A stretch of 10,118 nucleotides of DNA, taken from positions 1-10,118 of the forward strand of contig JAJRZD010000124.1 of assembly GCA_024275415.1 (NCBI GenBank). The letters are read 5' to 3'. Under the pieces are notes generated by a model, which was given only the letters and a program-made list of their open reading frames with translations, was not told the origin of the DNA and made no database searches. A program made the position numbers and the translations under genes. Numbering within the stretch: the first letter of the stretch is position 1; each line of letters opens with the position of its first letter. Of this stretch, positions 1 through 7,068 are shown piece by piece. The DNA is from an archaeon. GTDB taxonomy: Archaea; Asgardarchaeota; Thorarchaeia; Thorarchaeales; Thorarchaeaceae.

Positions 1-123
1 AACGCAGGGGCATCGATTGTGGTACAAGGTACCTATATCGAAAAGAACGTTCTGGGCGATAAGGGAGCTGAATTGCGAGAAATTATAAAGAGCATCAAGG
101 ATGCCGGGGCGAAAAAGACCTGA
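1..123 (+). CDS. 3' end of a probable geranylgeranylglyceryl-phosphate (GGGP) synthase, partial
   Basis: Frame 1 is open from the window edge to TGA 121-123: NAGASIVVQGTYIEKNVLGDKGAELREIIKSIKDAGAKKT*. The AGAxxvVxGTxxE segment resembles the last beta-strand and helix of group II GGGP synthases. Only 40 aa are visible. Confidence 0.6.
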   Translation, partial: NAGASIVVQGTYIEKNVLGDKGAELREIIKSIKDAGAKKT

Positions 124-158
124 TTTACGAAGAAACCGGTGTATTCAATCTAATCAGG

Positions 159-203
159 TTTAAATACTAGTCCCGTGTAAGAACTTCAAGACCCTTCGGG
201 AGG
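159..203 (+). promoter_or_regulatory. TATA box (TTTAAATA 159-166) and SD (GGGAGG 198-203) of the Roadblock gene
   Basis: Canonical archaeal TATA sequence about 47 nt upstream of ATG 213; GGGAGG ends 9 nt before the ATG. Confidence 0.6.
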
Positions 204-212
204 AAAATCAAT

Positions 213-608
213 ATGTCCTCGAAGAGCGAAATCCTCACTGGCCTGCTTGAAGACCTAAGTAGAGCCTCCCAAGGCAACATCCAAGCGAGCTTGATTATCT
301 CAAGATCTCAAGGATTAACGATATGCTCGCACTATCCGGATAATGCCCCTGATGGTGTAATTCCCGATGAAGATGTCATTGCAGGGAGGACAACTCAAAT
401 CCAGATGGCGACTGCTAAAGTATTCAAGGAACTGAAACGGGGTCCGCTCATCCGGATGCTCATCGAGGGTGACAATGGGTATGTGATTATCGGCGGTGCT
501 GGCGAGGACGCCATCCTTGCGGTACTGACCAACAGACGAGTGAATCTGGGATATCTCTTCTTTATGCTGAGCAAGATTGCGCGTCAGATTGCACAGACCC
601 TGACCTGA
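213..608 (+). CDS. Roadblock/LC7 (MglB-like) domain protein, 131 aa
   Basis: Roadblock pattern: N-terminal helix, 'ASLIISRSQGLTI' hairpin, central helix, 'RMLIEGDNGYVII..AGEDAILAVLT..RVNLGYLFFML..IARQI'. Good SD and TATA upstream. Confidence 0.88.
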   Translation: MSSKSEILTGLLEDLSRASQGNIQASLIISRSQGLTICSHYPDNAPDGVIPDEDVIAGRTTQIQMATAKVFKELKRGPLIRMLIEGDNGYVIIGGAGEDAILAVLTNRRVNLGYLFFMLSKIARQIAQTLT

Positions 609-722
609 GCCAGTTGTTTCGGTCGTGCGTTATCTCCCGCGAGCTAGTCCTATTCCATCTTGTTCTTCCGTCACTTTTATGAGCCATCTACTGGACACCT
701 TTGTTAGTTCAAGGTGAATAAT

Positions 723-1655
723 GTGCCAGAAGAGAAGTCAAATGACAAACCCGCTGAATCCGATGTTGAAGATCCATGGGCAAAATGGAAGGAGGCTGGA
801 GTGGTAGCCCGCGAGGCCCTTGAGATTGCCCGACCTATGGTACAACCTGGCACTAAAGTGATTGATATTGTCAATGCCACGGAGAACTATATCCGGGAGA
901 AGGCAACTGGGATTGCCTTTCCCTGTAACGTGTCACTGAACAATATCGCTGCGCACTATACATCCCCTCTCAATGATGAAACAGAGATTAAAGAAGGGGA
1001 TCTTGTTACTGTAGATGTGGGCGCACATGTTGACGGCTGTATTGCGGACACCGCCTTCACTATTGCATTGAACCCTGATCATGAAGCCCTAGTGAAGGCT
1101 GCCGAGGATGCAACGACCATAGCCATCAAAATGATGCGTCCGGGAGCAAAACTGAATACAATTGGCGCTCTTATCGAAGACACTATCGAAGGTGCAGGCT
1201 TCAAACCGATCAAGCAACTGTCAGGCCACCAGATGAAAGAGTACGAACTGCATTCGGACAAGCAGGTTCCCTGTGTATCCGGCAAGTCTGAGGTGGTCAT
1301 TGAGGAGGGCGAGATTTACGCAGTGGAGACCTTCGCATCCACAGGCTCTGGAAATGTTTCTGACCTTCCAAACCCTGTCATCTATCAGCTGCTACCAATA
1401 CGAGTTCCTGTGCGATTCAAGGGAACCCGGCAATTCCTCGGGATTGCACGGAAAGCGTACGGAGAATTCCCATTTGCAGAACGGTGGATCGCAGAACAGA
1501 TGGGCCACGCATCCATGAAAATGGCCATCCGCGAACTCTCCCAGAATGGCGCCCTTGTCGCTCATCACATCCTCGCAGAAGAAAAGGGCGAGTTTGTTGC
1601 ACAGCATGAACATACTGTGTTGATTACTGAGAAAGGTCGTGTCCAGACCACCTGA
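723..1655 (+). CDS. map: Methionine aminopeptidase type II
   Basis: AFPCNVSLNNIAAHYT, VDVGAHVDGCIADTA, GHQ, AVETF and AQHEHT carry the metal and substrate ligands; the type II helical insert is present. Start moved from GTG 714 to in-frame GTG 723 because AGGTGA (712-717) is an SD 5 nt upstream of it. Confidence 0.95.
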   Translation: MPEEKSNDKPAESDVEDPWAKWKEAGVVAREALEIARPMVQPGTKVIDIVNATENYIREKATGIAFPCNVSLNNIAAHYTSPLNDETEIKEGDLVTVDVGAHVDGCIADTAFTIALNPDHEALVKAAEDATTIAIKMMRPGAKLNTIGALIEDTIEGAGFKPIKQLSGHQMKEYELHSDKQVPCVSGKSEVVIEEGEIYAVETFASTGSGNVSDLPNPVIYQLLPIRVPVRFKGTRQFLGIARKAYGEFPFAERWIAEQMGHASMKMAIRELSQNGALVAHHILAEEKGEFVAQHEHTVLITEKGRVQTT

Positions 1656-1687
1656 CCACCTTGTGATATGTCGATGAGAATTTCACA

Positions 1688-1699
1688 ATTATTAAAAGC
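1688..1699 (+). promoter_or_regulatory. Possible TATA element upstream of tfb
   Basis: AT-rich ATTATTAAAAG in the map-tfb intergenic region. About 100 nt from the proposed start, so it implies a long leader; the assignment is tentative. Confidence 0.35.
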
Positions 1700-1800
1700 A
1701 CATTTTACCCATATTTAGAGTGCGGGTTCGGGAGTCTGTCTTTCACAACAATGATTTCTCTGGGACTTCAGACAGCCTCTCATCAGTTGGAGGATTACCA

Positions 1801-2769
1801 GTGGACGATATGGGTGATACAGCACCAAAAGGAGGAGGCACATCTAATTCTGCCAAGGTCTTCGAAGGGTGTCCAGAATGTGGAAACGAATCGGTCGTCG
1901 AAGATCTTTCCCGTGGCGAAAGGGTATGTGGTGAATGTGGGCTTGTCCTTTCCGACCATAGAATCGATACAGGCGCAGAGTGGCGTGCTTTCAGCTCTGA
2001 AGAGTCTGACGCTCGCAGTCGAGTCGGGGCACCACTAAGATATACTGTTCATGACAAGGGTCTTTCTACTATTATTGACTGGAGAGACAAGGACATCTCA
2101 GGAAAGAAACTGAGTCCTAGTCGTCGTTCCGAAATTTACAGGCTCAGAAAGTGGCAGATCCGTTCAAGAGTCCATAGTTCGCTTGATAGGAATCTGGCTC
2201 AGGCAATGTCTGAATTGGAGCGACTTGCATCCCAGCTCGGGATACCTCAACCTATCCGTGAACAATCGGCTCTACTTTACAGGAAAGCAATCATCAAGAA
2301 GCTAGTCAGGGGACGCTCAATCGAGGCGATGGTGGCTGCAACCCTATATGCCGCCTGCAGAATACGTCAGAAGCCTCGACCATTAGATGAAGTCGCGGAT
2401 GCATCTCGCGTGGACAAGAAAAAGCTTGGGCAATGCTATCGGTTGCTCCTGCGAAAGCTCGATATCCAAATTCCTCTGTCAAACCCGGTTGACTACATCT
2501 CTAGGTTTGCTACAGAGCTTGACCTTTCCAGTACTGTTCAGCTTCGTACCATCGAGATACTCAAGAGAAGTCGCGATATCGGACTGACCATCGGGCGGGA
2601 TCCATTGGGACTGGCGGCAGCGGCAATATACGTGGCATCTATCATGCTTGATGAACGGCGCACTCAACGAGAGATAGCCGAGGTGGCACGAGTCACAGAG
2701 GTGACCGTGCGAAACCGGTACAAAGAGATCGTAAGAAAACTCAATATCGGCCCGTTGAGTCTGCCCTAA
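1801..2769 (+). CDS. tfb: Transcription initiation factor B (TFB/TFIIB)
   Basis: Zn ribbon CPECG...CGECG, B-reader IDTGAEWRAF, HDKGLST, RLRKWQ, two cyclin repeats (LVRGRSIE; GRDPLGLAAAAIY) and C-terminal HTH RTQREIA..VTEVTVRNRYKE. Start is probably GTG 1801 (GGAGGA 1789-1794 lies 6 nt upstream) or ATG 1810, not 1720. Confidence 0.96.
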   Translation: MDDMGDTAPKGGGTSNSAKVFEGCPECGNESVVEDLSRGERVCGECGLVLSDHRIDTGAEWRAFSSEESDARSRVGAPLRYTVHDKGLSTIIDWRDKDISGKKLSPSRRSEIYRLRKWQIRSRVHSSLDRNLAQAMSELERLASQLGIPQPIREQSALLYRKAIIKKLVRGRSIEAMVAATLYAACRIRQKPRPLDEVADASRVDKKKLGQCYRLLLRKLDIQIPLSNPVDYISRFATELDLSSTVQLRTIEILKRSRDIGLTIGRDPLGLAAAAIYVASIMLDERRTQREIAEVARVTEVTVRNRYKEIVRKLNIGPLSLP

Positions 2770-2842
2770 TCCCGACTATTCTGCCATGATTATTTGCATG
2801 TTCCAGTGATCTCACACTCGAAGAACACCGTACTGCCTGAAT

Positions 2843-3184
2843 CTACCTGCGTTTCCCACCTGTGAATGACCAATCAACAACAATCTGATCCTCGGGAAAA
2901 CCAAGCTTGTTCAAAATCTCAGTTATCATCGCTCTGTGGTCTCCTTGCAGCTCGACATGACCGTGCTTTGCAGCTCCACCACACGCAAGTTTGCTTTTCA
3001 ATTTCGAGGCCAAATCTCCGAGGTCAATGCTCTTGTCAAACCCCTCAACGATGGTATAGAGCCGACCCCACTTTCTACGTTCGATGCTCACAGTTATCCT
3101 AGCCTCCTCCTGTGCGATCGTTTCGCAGACGCACAAATCACTTGGGAGGCCGCAGTTTGGGCAAATTCCGCCATCATCAGACAC
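2843..3184 (-). CDS. sui1: Archaeal translation initiation factor aIF1 (SUI1 family), about 113 aa
   Basis: ICPNCGLPSDLCVCE N-terminus typical of archaeal aIF1, then ERRKWGR..TIVEG, LKSKLACGG and ELQGDHR. Start GTG 3184 with SD AGGAGT (3200-3195). The ORF-track extension to 3298 runs through the promoter. Confidence 0.95.
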   Translation of the reverse strand: MSDDGGICPNCGLPSDLCVCETIAQEEARITVSIERRKWGRLYTIVEGFDKSIDLGDLASKLKSKLACGGAAKHGHVELQGDHRAMITEILNKLGFPEDQIVVDWSFTGGKRR

Positions 3185-3200
3185 TAAGTTACTTACTCCT

Positions 3201-3222
3201 TTTAGCAGTTCGTTTAGCAGTT
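3201..3222. repeat. Direct repeat TTTAGCAGTT x2 (3201-3210, 3213-3222) in the sui1 leader
   Basis: Exact 10-bp copies with period 12, abutting the sui1 SD. Confidence 0.8.
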
Positions 3223-3249
3223 TGCTGGGTACATTAGTCAACGATACCC

Positions 3250-3292
3250 AATATAAGTGATTTCTATAGGTTGTTCGACAATAGTAAATAGA
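3250..3292. promoter_or_regulatory. Divergent promoter region between sui1 and the radical SAM gene
   Basis: Minus strand CTTATATT (3257-3250) preceded by purine-rich TAGAAA fits BRE-TATA for sui1. Plus strand AGTAAATAG (3283-3291) is a weaker TATA candidate about 30 nt before ATG 3317. Confidence 0.45.
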
Positions 3293-3316
3293 CCGCATGT
3301 AACGTGTTTCTTAGAT

Positions 3317-4903
3317 ATGACTGAACGAATCCTTATCACAGATGCTCTAAGCGCAGGAAGCGGCAAACGAAGGAGTTCCCGAGACTCGATAGGGTGCGGC
3401 CCAAGAGCAATCGCCGGAGTGCTTGAGAAGGCAGGACTGGGCTGTCGGATACAACGAGTGGAAACCCTCCTCAAGTTTCCAAAATCTGTACGGAATTATG
3501 ATCATCTAGCGATTAGTGCGATGACTATGGATTATCCTGTTGTGTTTCAAACCATTTCTCTATGGAGAAGGTCAAAACCCCGTGGAAAGATTCTCCTTGG
3601 TGGTCCTATCGCCTCAGACTCTGAGCGCGTCCTGATGGCCCTGAAGCCTGATATTCTTGTCGTAGGAGAGGGAGAGGGGACATTGAATGACCTAGTTTCC
3701 CAAGGTTATCCGAACGAGAACATTGACTTGTCTGAGATACATGGTATCGGGTTCATTCATGACAAAGCCCCCGTACTAACACCACAGAGACCTCTTTTGG
3801 ATCAATCTGTGCTTTGGGACACGTATCCCCCCTCTACCACCCGAATCATTGACTACCCTGTATATGAGGCGAGCAAAGTATACGTTGAAACTGTACGGGG
3901 GTGTTCGAATTACAAGCGAACAACTCTCACATTGCCTGATGGACGGGCATGCTCTGAATGTGGCATTTGTGATTCTGAAACCCTGCCAGATCGACTGACC
4001 TGCCCTGAAGACATTCCTCCCGGGTGTGGGTTTTGTAGTGTTCCTGCAGTGTGGGGCCCTCCTCGTTCGCGACCAGTCGAGTCCATTCTCGAAGAGGTGT
4101 CTGCGCTCCTTGATCTTGGAGTCCATCGCATTGTGCTAGAAGCCCCTGATTTTCTTGACTATATGCGTGGCCCGTTCCCAATGACTGACCCCTGCCAACC
4201 TACCGCAAACTTGGCGCAGATTACTTCCCTGCTTTCTCTAATAATGAAACTTCCAGCGTTTTCCGAGGGAACTGCACATCTGTCAATCGAGAACATGAAG
4301 GCATGCCTTTTCACCGAAGATGTGGCACAAGCACTCTCAGATGTGCTGGACTCTTCTTCTCCAAACATAGGGCTTGAAACTGGTTCAGAGGAACATTCCA
4401 AAGCAATAGGGAAATGCGGGACTCCCCAGAATGTCATCGATGCAGTACGACTTGCAAAGCACTATGGCATGACTCCCTATATCTATTTCATCTATGGTAT
4501 GCCCGGCGAGAGCGAACAGACGATCGCTGAGTCCATTGAAGTAATGAAACAGGCTCACGAAGCAGGGGCCGAGCGAATTATCCTGTACGGCTTTAGACCA
4601 TTACCTCGCTCCGCCTTTGCAGAGTTTCCATCTCCAGAACACAGGGATCCATTGGGCGAACGATTACGAGCCGAAGCGGCACGGATAAACAGGCTGCGAA
4701 AGGATGACCTCGTTGGGAAAGTCCTTCGTGGAATCGCAGCCGAGCCATCTTGGGAACGACATGGCTATACAATGGTCTACCCACTAGGTGAAGGGCCAAT
4801 AATGACCGTACAGGGAGGCTTCTCCCCCGGAACATTGTTAGACATTGAAATAACCCATGTGCTCAGCCCTGGGCTGGTTGGAGGGAAAATAATCTCATCT
4901 TGA
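3317..4903 (+). CDS. Radical SAM protein with B12-binding-like N-terminal domain and TRAM-like C-terminus; function unknown
   Basis: N-terminal Rossmann-like segment (DHLAISAMTMDY...ILLGGPIAS...DILVVGEGE), ETVRGC...GCGFC, RSRPVESILEEV, GLETGSE, YFIYGMPGES, and a C-terminal beta-rich tail (GTLLDIEITHV..GLVGGKII). Start ATG 3317 preferred because 3257 lies in the promoter region. Confidence 0.85.
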   Translation: MTERILITDALSAGSGKRRSSRDSIGCGPRAIAGVLEKAGLGCRIQRVETLLKFPKSVRNYDHLAISAMTMDYPVVFQTISLWRRSKPRGKILLGGPIASDSERVLMALKPDILVVGEGEGTLNDLVSQGYPNENIDLSEIHGIGFIHDKAPVLTPQRPLLDQSVLWDTYPPSTTRIIDYPVYEASKVYVETVRGCSNYKRTTLTLPDGRACSECGICDSETLPDRLTCPEDIPPGCGFCSVPAVWGPPRSRPVESILEEVSALLDLGVHRIVLEAPDFLDYMRGPFPMTDPCQPTANLAQITSLLSLIMKLPAFSEGTAHLSIENMKACLFTEDVAQALSDVLDSSSPNIGLETGSEEHSKAIGKCGTPQNVIDAVRLAKHYGMTPYIYFIYGMPGESEQTIAESIEVMKQAHEAGAERIILYGFRPLPRSAFAEFPSPEHRDPLGERLRAEAARINRLRKDDLVGKVLRGIAAEPSWERHGYTMVYPLGEGPIMTVQGGFSPGTLLDIEITHVLSPGLVGGKIISS

Positions 4904-4938
4904 AACCATGGTGCCTAAAGAAAACTTCATATGGCTTC

Positions 4939-4958
4939 TTCTCACGCTTTCGTGAGAG
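4939..4958. promoter_or_regulatory. Inverted repeat TCTCACG-CTTT-CGTGAGA just upstream of rpo12
   Basis: Perfect 7-bp arms (4940-4946 / 4951-4957) plus a possible G-U pair, overlapping the purine-rich GAGAGAGGGA before ATG 4969. Function not established. Confidence 0.45.
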
Positions 4959-4968
4959 AGGGATATAC

Positions 4969-5112
4969 ATGGTCTACATATGCCATTCATGCAAATATGA
5001 AGTAACCTCCGAAGGTCTAAAAGCGCTACCGGGCGTGAAATGTCCTTTCTGTGGAGGCCGTATTCTATACAAGATCAGACCCCCAGTCGTGAAGCGTGTT
5101 AAGGGCGTATAG
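4969..5112 (+). CDS. rpo12: DNA-directed RNA polymerase subunit Rpo12 (RpoP), 47 aa
   Basis: MVYICHSCKYEV...VKCPFCGGRILYKIRPPVVKRVKGV: YxCxxC...CPxCGxRILxKxRP Zn-ribbon signature. Real start ATG 4969, not 4900. Confidence 0.93.
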   Translation: MVYICHSCKYEVTSEGLKALPGVKCPFCGGRILYKIRPPVVKRVKGV

Positions 5113-5117
5113 ATAAT

Positions 5118-5216
5118 CTATCCCTTGAATATCAACCAAGCAGCTGCCACTATCGAGGCTATGAATAGGAATATGAAGAGCCCAGAGATGATTTTCTTCT
5201 TGTAGGCATATCTCAT
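5118..5216 (-). CDS. Unannotated 32-aa single-pass membrane micro-protein (MRYAYKKKIISGLFIFLFIASIVAAAWLIFKG)
   Basis: Hand-translated: ATG 5216-5214 to TAG 5120-5118. SD GGGGTGA (5228-5222, containing the get3 stop) is 5 nt upstream. The ORF fills the get3-rpo12 gap to within 5 nt at each end. Basic N-terminus, 22 uncharged mostly hydrophobic residues, then KG. Confidence 0.72.
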   Translation of the reverse strand: MRYAYKKKIISGLFIFLFIASIVAAAWLIFKG

Positions 5217-5221
5217 CGTGT

Positions 5222-6181
5222 TCACCCCTTGTTTAGGATTGCTCCTAATTCTGATAGTCCCTCAATCCCTCGGATCTCGTTATCGAATAGAGGCACTTCC
5301 GTGATGTTCATGTCGTTGAATAGGTCTCGGATGTCCCTAAGATTCCGTTGTTGCATGTTTCTTCTTGAGGAACAGAATTTACATTCAAGATTCTCAGGTA
5401 TAAGTTGATTGATGATGATGTTTGAGGCCGGGATGTGCCATGCATTGAGACTACCAAGAAGCCTCTGGGTTTCAAACACTGCCATGGCCTCTGGTATCGT
5501 GACGACTACAAACTGGGTCGTGTCAGGATCTGAGAGTTCGATTCGTGCCATTCGGATTTTGTCTTTTGTATTCTGAAGCATCTGCCATGCTGTTTCTTCC
5601 TGCTCTCCTCCGCCTCCTAACATCGAACGAAGCCCTGCCATCATGGGACCAAGTCTTTGACGCAGGGTGAGCACTTTCCCAAGCCAACTGTCCAGTAGGT
5701 CTGGCAATTCGAGGAGTTTGAGAGTGTGCCCAGTAGGTGCCGTATCAAATATCACTCTATCATATGATGAGTCCTCTATGAACTCCAAGATCTTTCCGAA
5801 AGCCATTGCTTCATCCGAACCAGGCGGTGACATACCGCTCATGTCCCCTAAGAGATTGGATGCCATCTGCATGTCAGGCCCCGCAGCACCGCTTCCCAGC
5901 GTTTCTTGAAACTCCTGCATACCTTTCTCCGTATCTATCTCCATGCCCCACAGATTATCAAATCCTTTCACCGGGACTGGCTCACCACCAGACAGATCCT
6001 GAGCAAAGCTGTCGCTAAGACTATGAGCTGGGTCTGTGGAAAGGACAAGGGTTCTGAGACCTCTCTTTGCAGAAAGCACTGCCAATGCGCCAGCACAACT
6101 GGTCTTTCCTACTCCACCCTTGCCACCGCTCAGAATGAATTTTATCGTGTCGCTCTCAACTATCTCTTTTATGGTCTTCAT
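5222..6181 (-). CDS. ArsA/Get3 (TRC40)-family SIMIBI ATPase, Get3-like
   Basis: Deviant Walker A GGKGGVGKT, switch I STDPAHSLSD, switch II DTAPTGHT, Met/Gly-rich helical subdomain, CxxC (CKFC) near the C-terminus, A-loop VPLFDNEIRG. Single ATPase domain of 319 aa. Confidence 0.93.
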   Translation of the reverse strand: MKTIKEIVESDTIKFILSGGKGGVGKTSCAGALAVLSAKRGLRTLVLSTDPAHSLSDSFAQDLSGGEPVPVKGFDNLWGMEIDTEKGMQEFQETLGSGAAGPDMQMASNLLGDMSGMSPPGSDEAMAFGKILEFIEDSSYDRVIFDTAPTGHTLKLLELPDLLDSWLGKVLTLRQRLGPMMAGLRSMLGGGGEQEETAWQMLQNTKDKIRMARIELSDPDTTQFVVVTIPEAMAVFETQRLLGSLNAWHIPASNIIINQLIPENLECKFCSSRRNMQQRNLRDIRDLFNDMNITEVPLFDNEIRGIEGLSELGAILNKG

Positions 6182-6212
6182 CGGAAATCAACTCGGACAG
6201 CTCAATGAAACG

Positions 6213-6220
6213 CTATTAAG
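6213..6220 (-). promoter_or_regulatory. Possible TATA box (CTTAATAG) for get3
   Basis: About 32 nt upstream of ATG 6181 in the 59-nt udp-get3 gap, with no obvious SD; consistent with a short-leader transcript. Confidence 0.35.
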
Positions 6221-6240
6221 GACTTGCTTATTGCAAGGCT

Positions 6241-7068
6241 CTACAAGCCTCTGATCCAATACCGTTTACCGTTCTGCTCTTTTTCTTTGTCCATCTCATG
6301 GAGTATTCTTACTGCTTCGTTACCACATTTAATCACTTCTGCTTCCCCCTTGACCTCAAACTCATCATACACACGGTTTGCATACACCGCACATACAGCT
6401 CCCGTTCTGAACCCGTAGATGTTTCCTAATGTGAACAGTGTTGCCGCTTCCATCTCGAAATTCACGACGTTCGCCTGCTGAAGGTCATTGATGAGTATCT
6501 CGCTAAAGCTCTGTGTGTATCCATCATATCCGGGTCTGGACTGGCCAAGATAGAATGAATCAGTCGAAGCTGAGGTCCCTAGATGATATTTGATGCCTAG
6601 CGAGTCTGCTGCTTCTATTAGCGCCAGAATGACCTCATAGGATGCGCTTGCTGGGTACTCCGGCCTGACATATTGCTTGCTCGTCCCTTCGAGTCTTACT
6701 GCTCCAGTGGATATGATCAAGTCCCCAATCTCAATGTTCTCCTTCAGGGTTGCACAAGACCCAACGCGTAGGAATGTGTTCGCTCCGACATTCGCAAGCT
6801 CCTCCACCACGATTGCGGTTCCGGGTCCTCCAATCCCAGTCGAACAAGCAGATATAGGTACTGATTTGTAACGTCCTGTGTGTGTTACAAACTGCCTGTG
6901 AACAGCGACCTCTGTGAAATCGTCCCATGCACTGCTTATTTTTCTGACTCTTTGAGGATCGCCAGGGATGATCACAGTTTCTGCGACATCTCCTTCTTTC
7001 ACTTCTAAATGGTATTGTTTTCTTTCTGGTGTTTCTGGACGCTGAGCTGAAACCCTTCGTGCATTCAT
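6241..7068 (-). CDS. udp: Uridine phosphorylase (PNP/UDP family 1)
   Basis: QYHL, IIPGDPQRV, HRQF, STGIGGPG, FLRVGS, DSFYLGQSR (uracil-binding Gln/Arg as in E. coli Udp) and NFEME. Confidence 0.9.
   Translation of the reverse strand: MNARRVSAQRPETPERKQYHLEVKEGDVAETVIIPGDPQRVRKISSAWDDFTEVAVHRQFVTHTGRYKSVPISACSTGIGGPGTAIVVEELANVGANTFLRVGSCATLKENIEIGDLIISTGAVRLEGTSKQYVRPEYPASASYEVILALIEAADSLGIKYHLGTSASTDSFYLGQSRPGYDGYTQSFSEILINDLQQANVVNFEMEAATLFTLGNIYGFRTGAVCAVYANRVYDEFEVKGEAEVIKCGNEAVRILHEMDKEKEQNGKRYWIRGL

Noticed and set aside
192-201. C(UUCG)G tetraloop-like hairpin over the Roadblock SD
   Set aside because: Only 2-3 bp of stem, too weak to support.
1656-1680. TrmB/TGM-like operator (TATCAC-N5-GTGATA) near GTGATA downstream of map, and near the sugar genes
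   Set aside because: Only a half-site is present, and no full motif was found upstream of either aldolase.
5222-6181. Arsenic-resistance operon interpretation
   Set aside because: Single-domain ATPase with Get3 features and no ars genes in the window.
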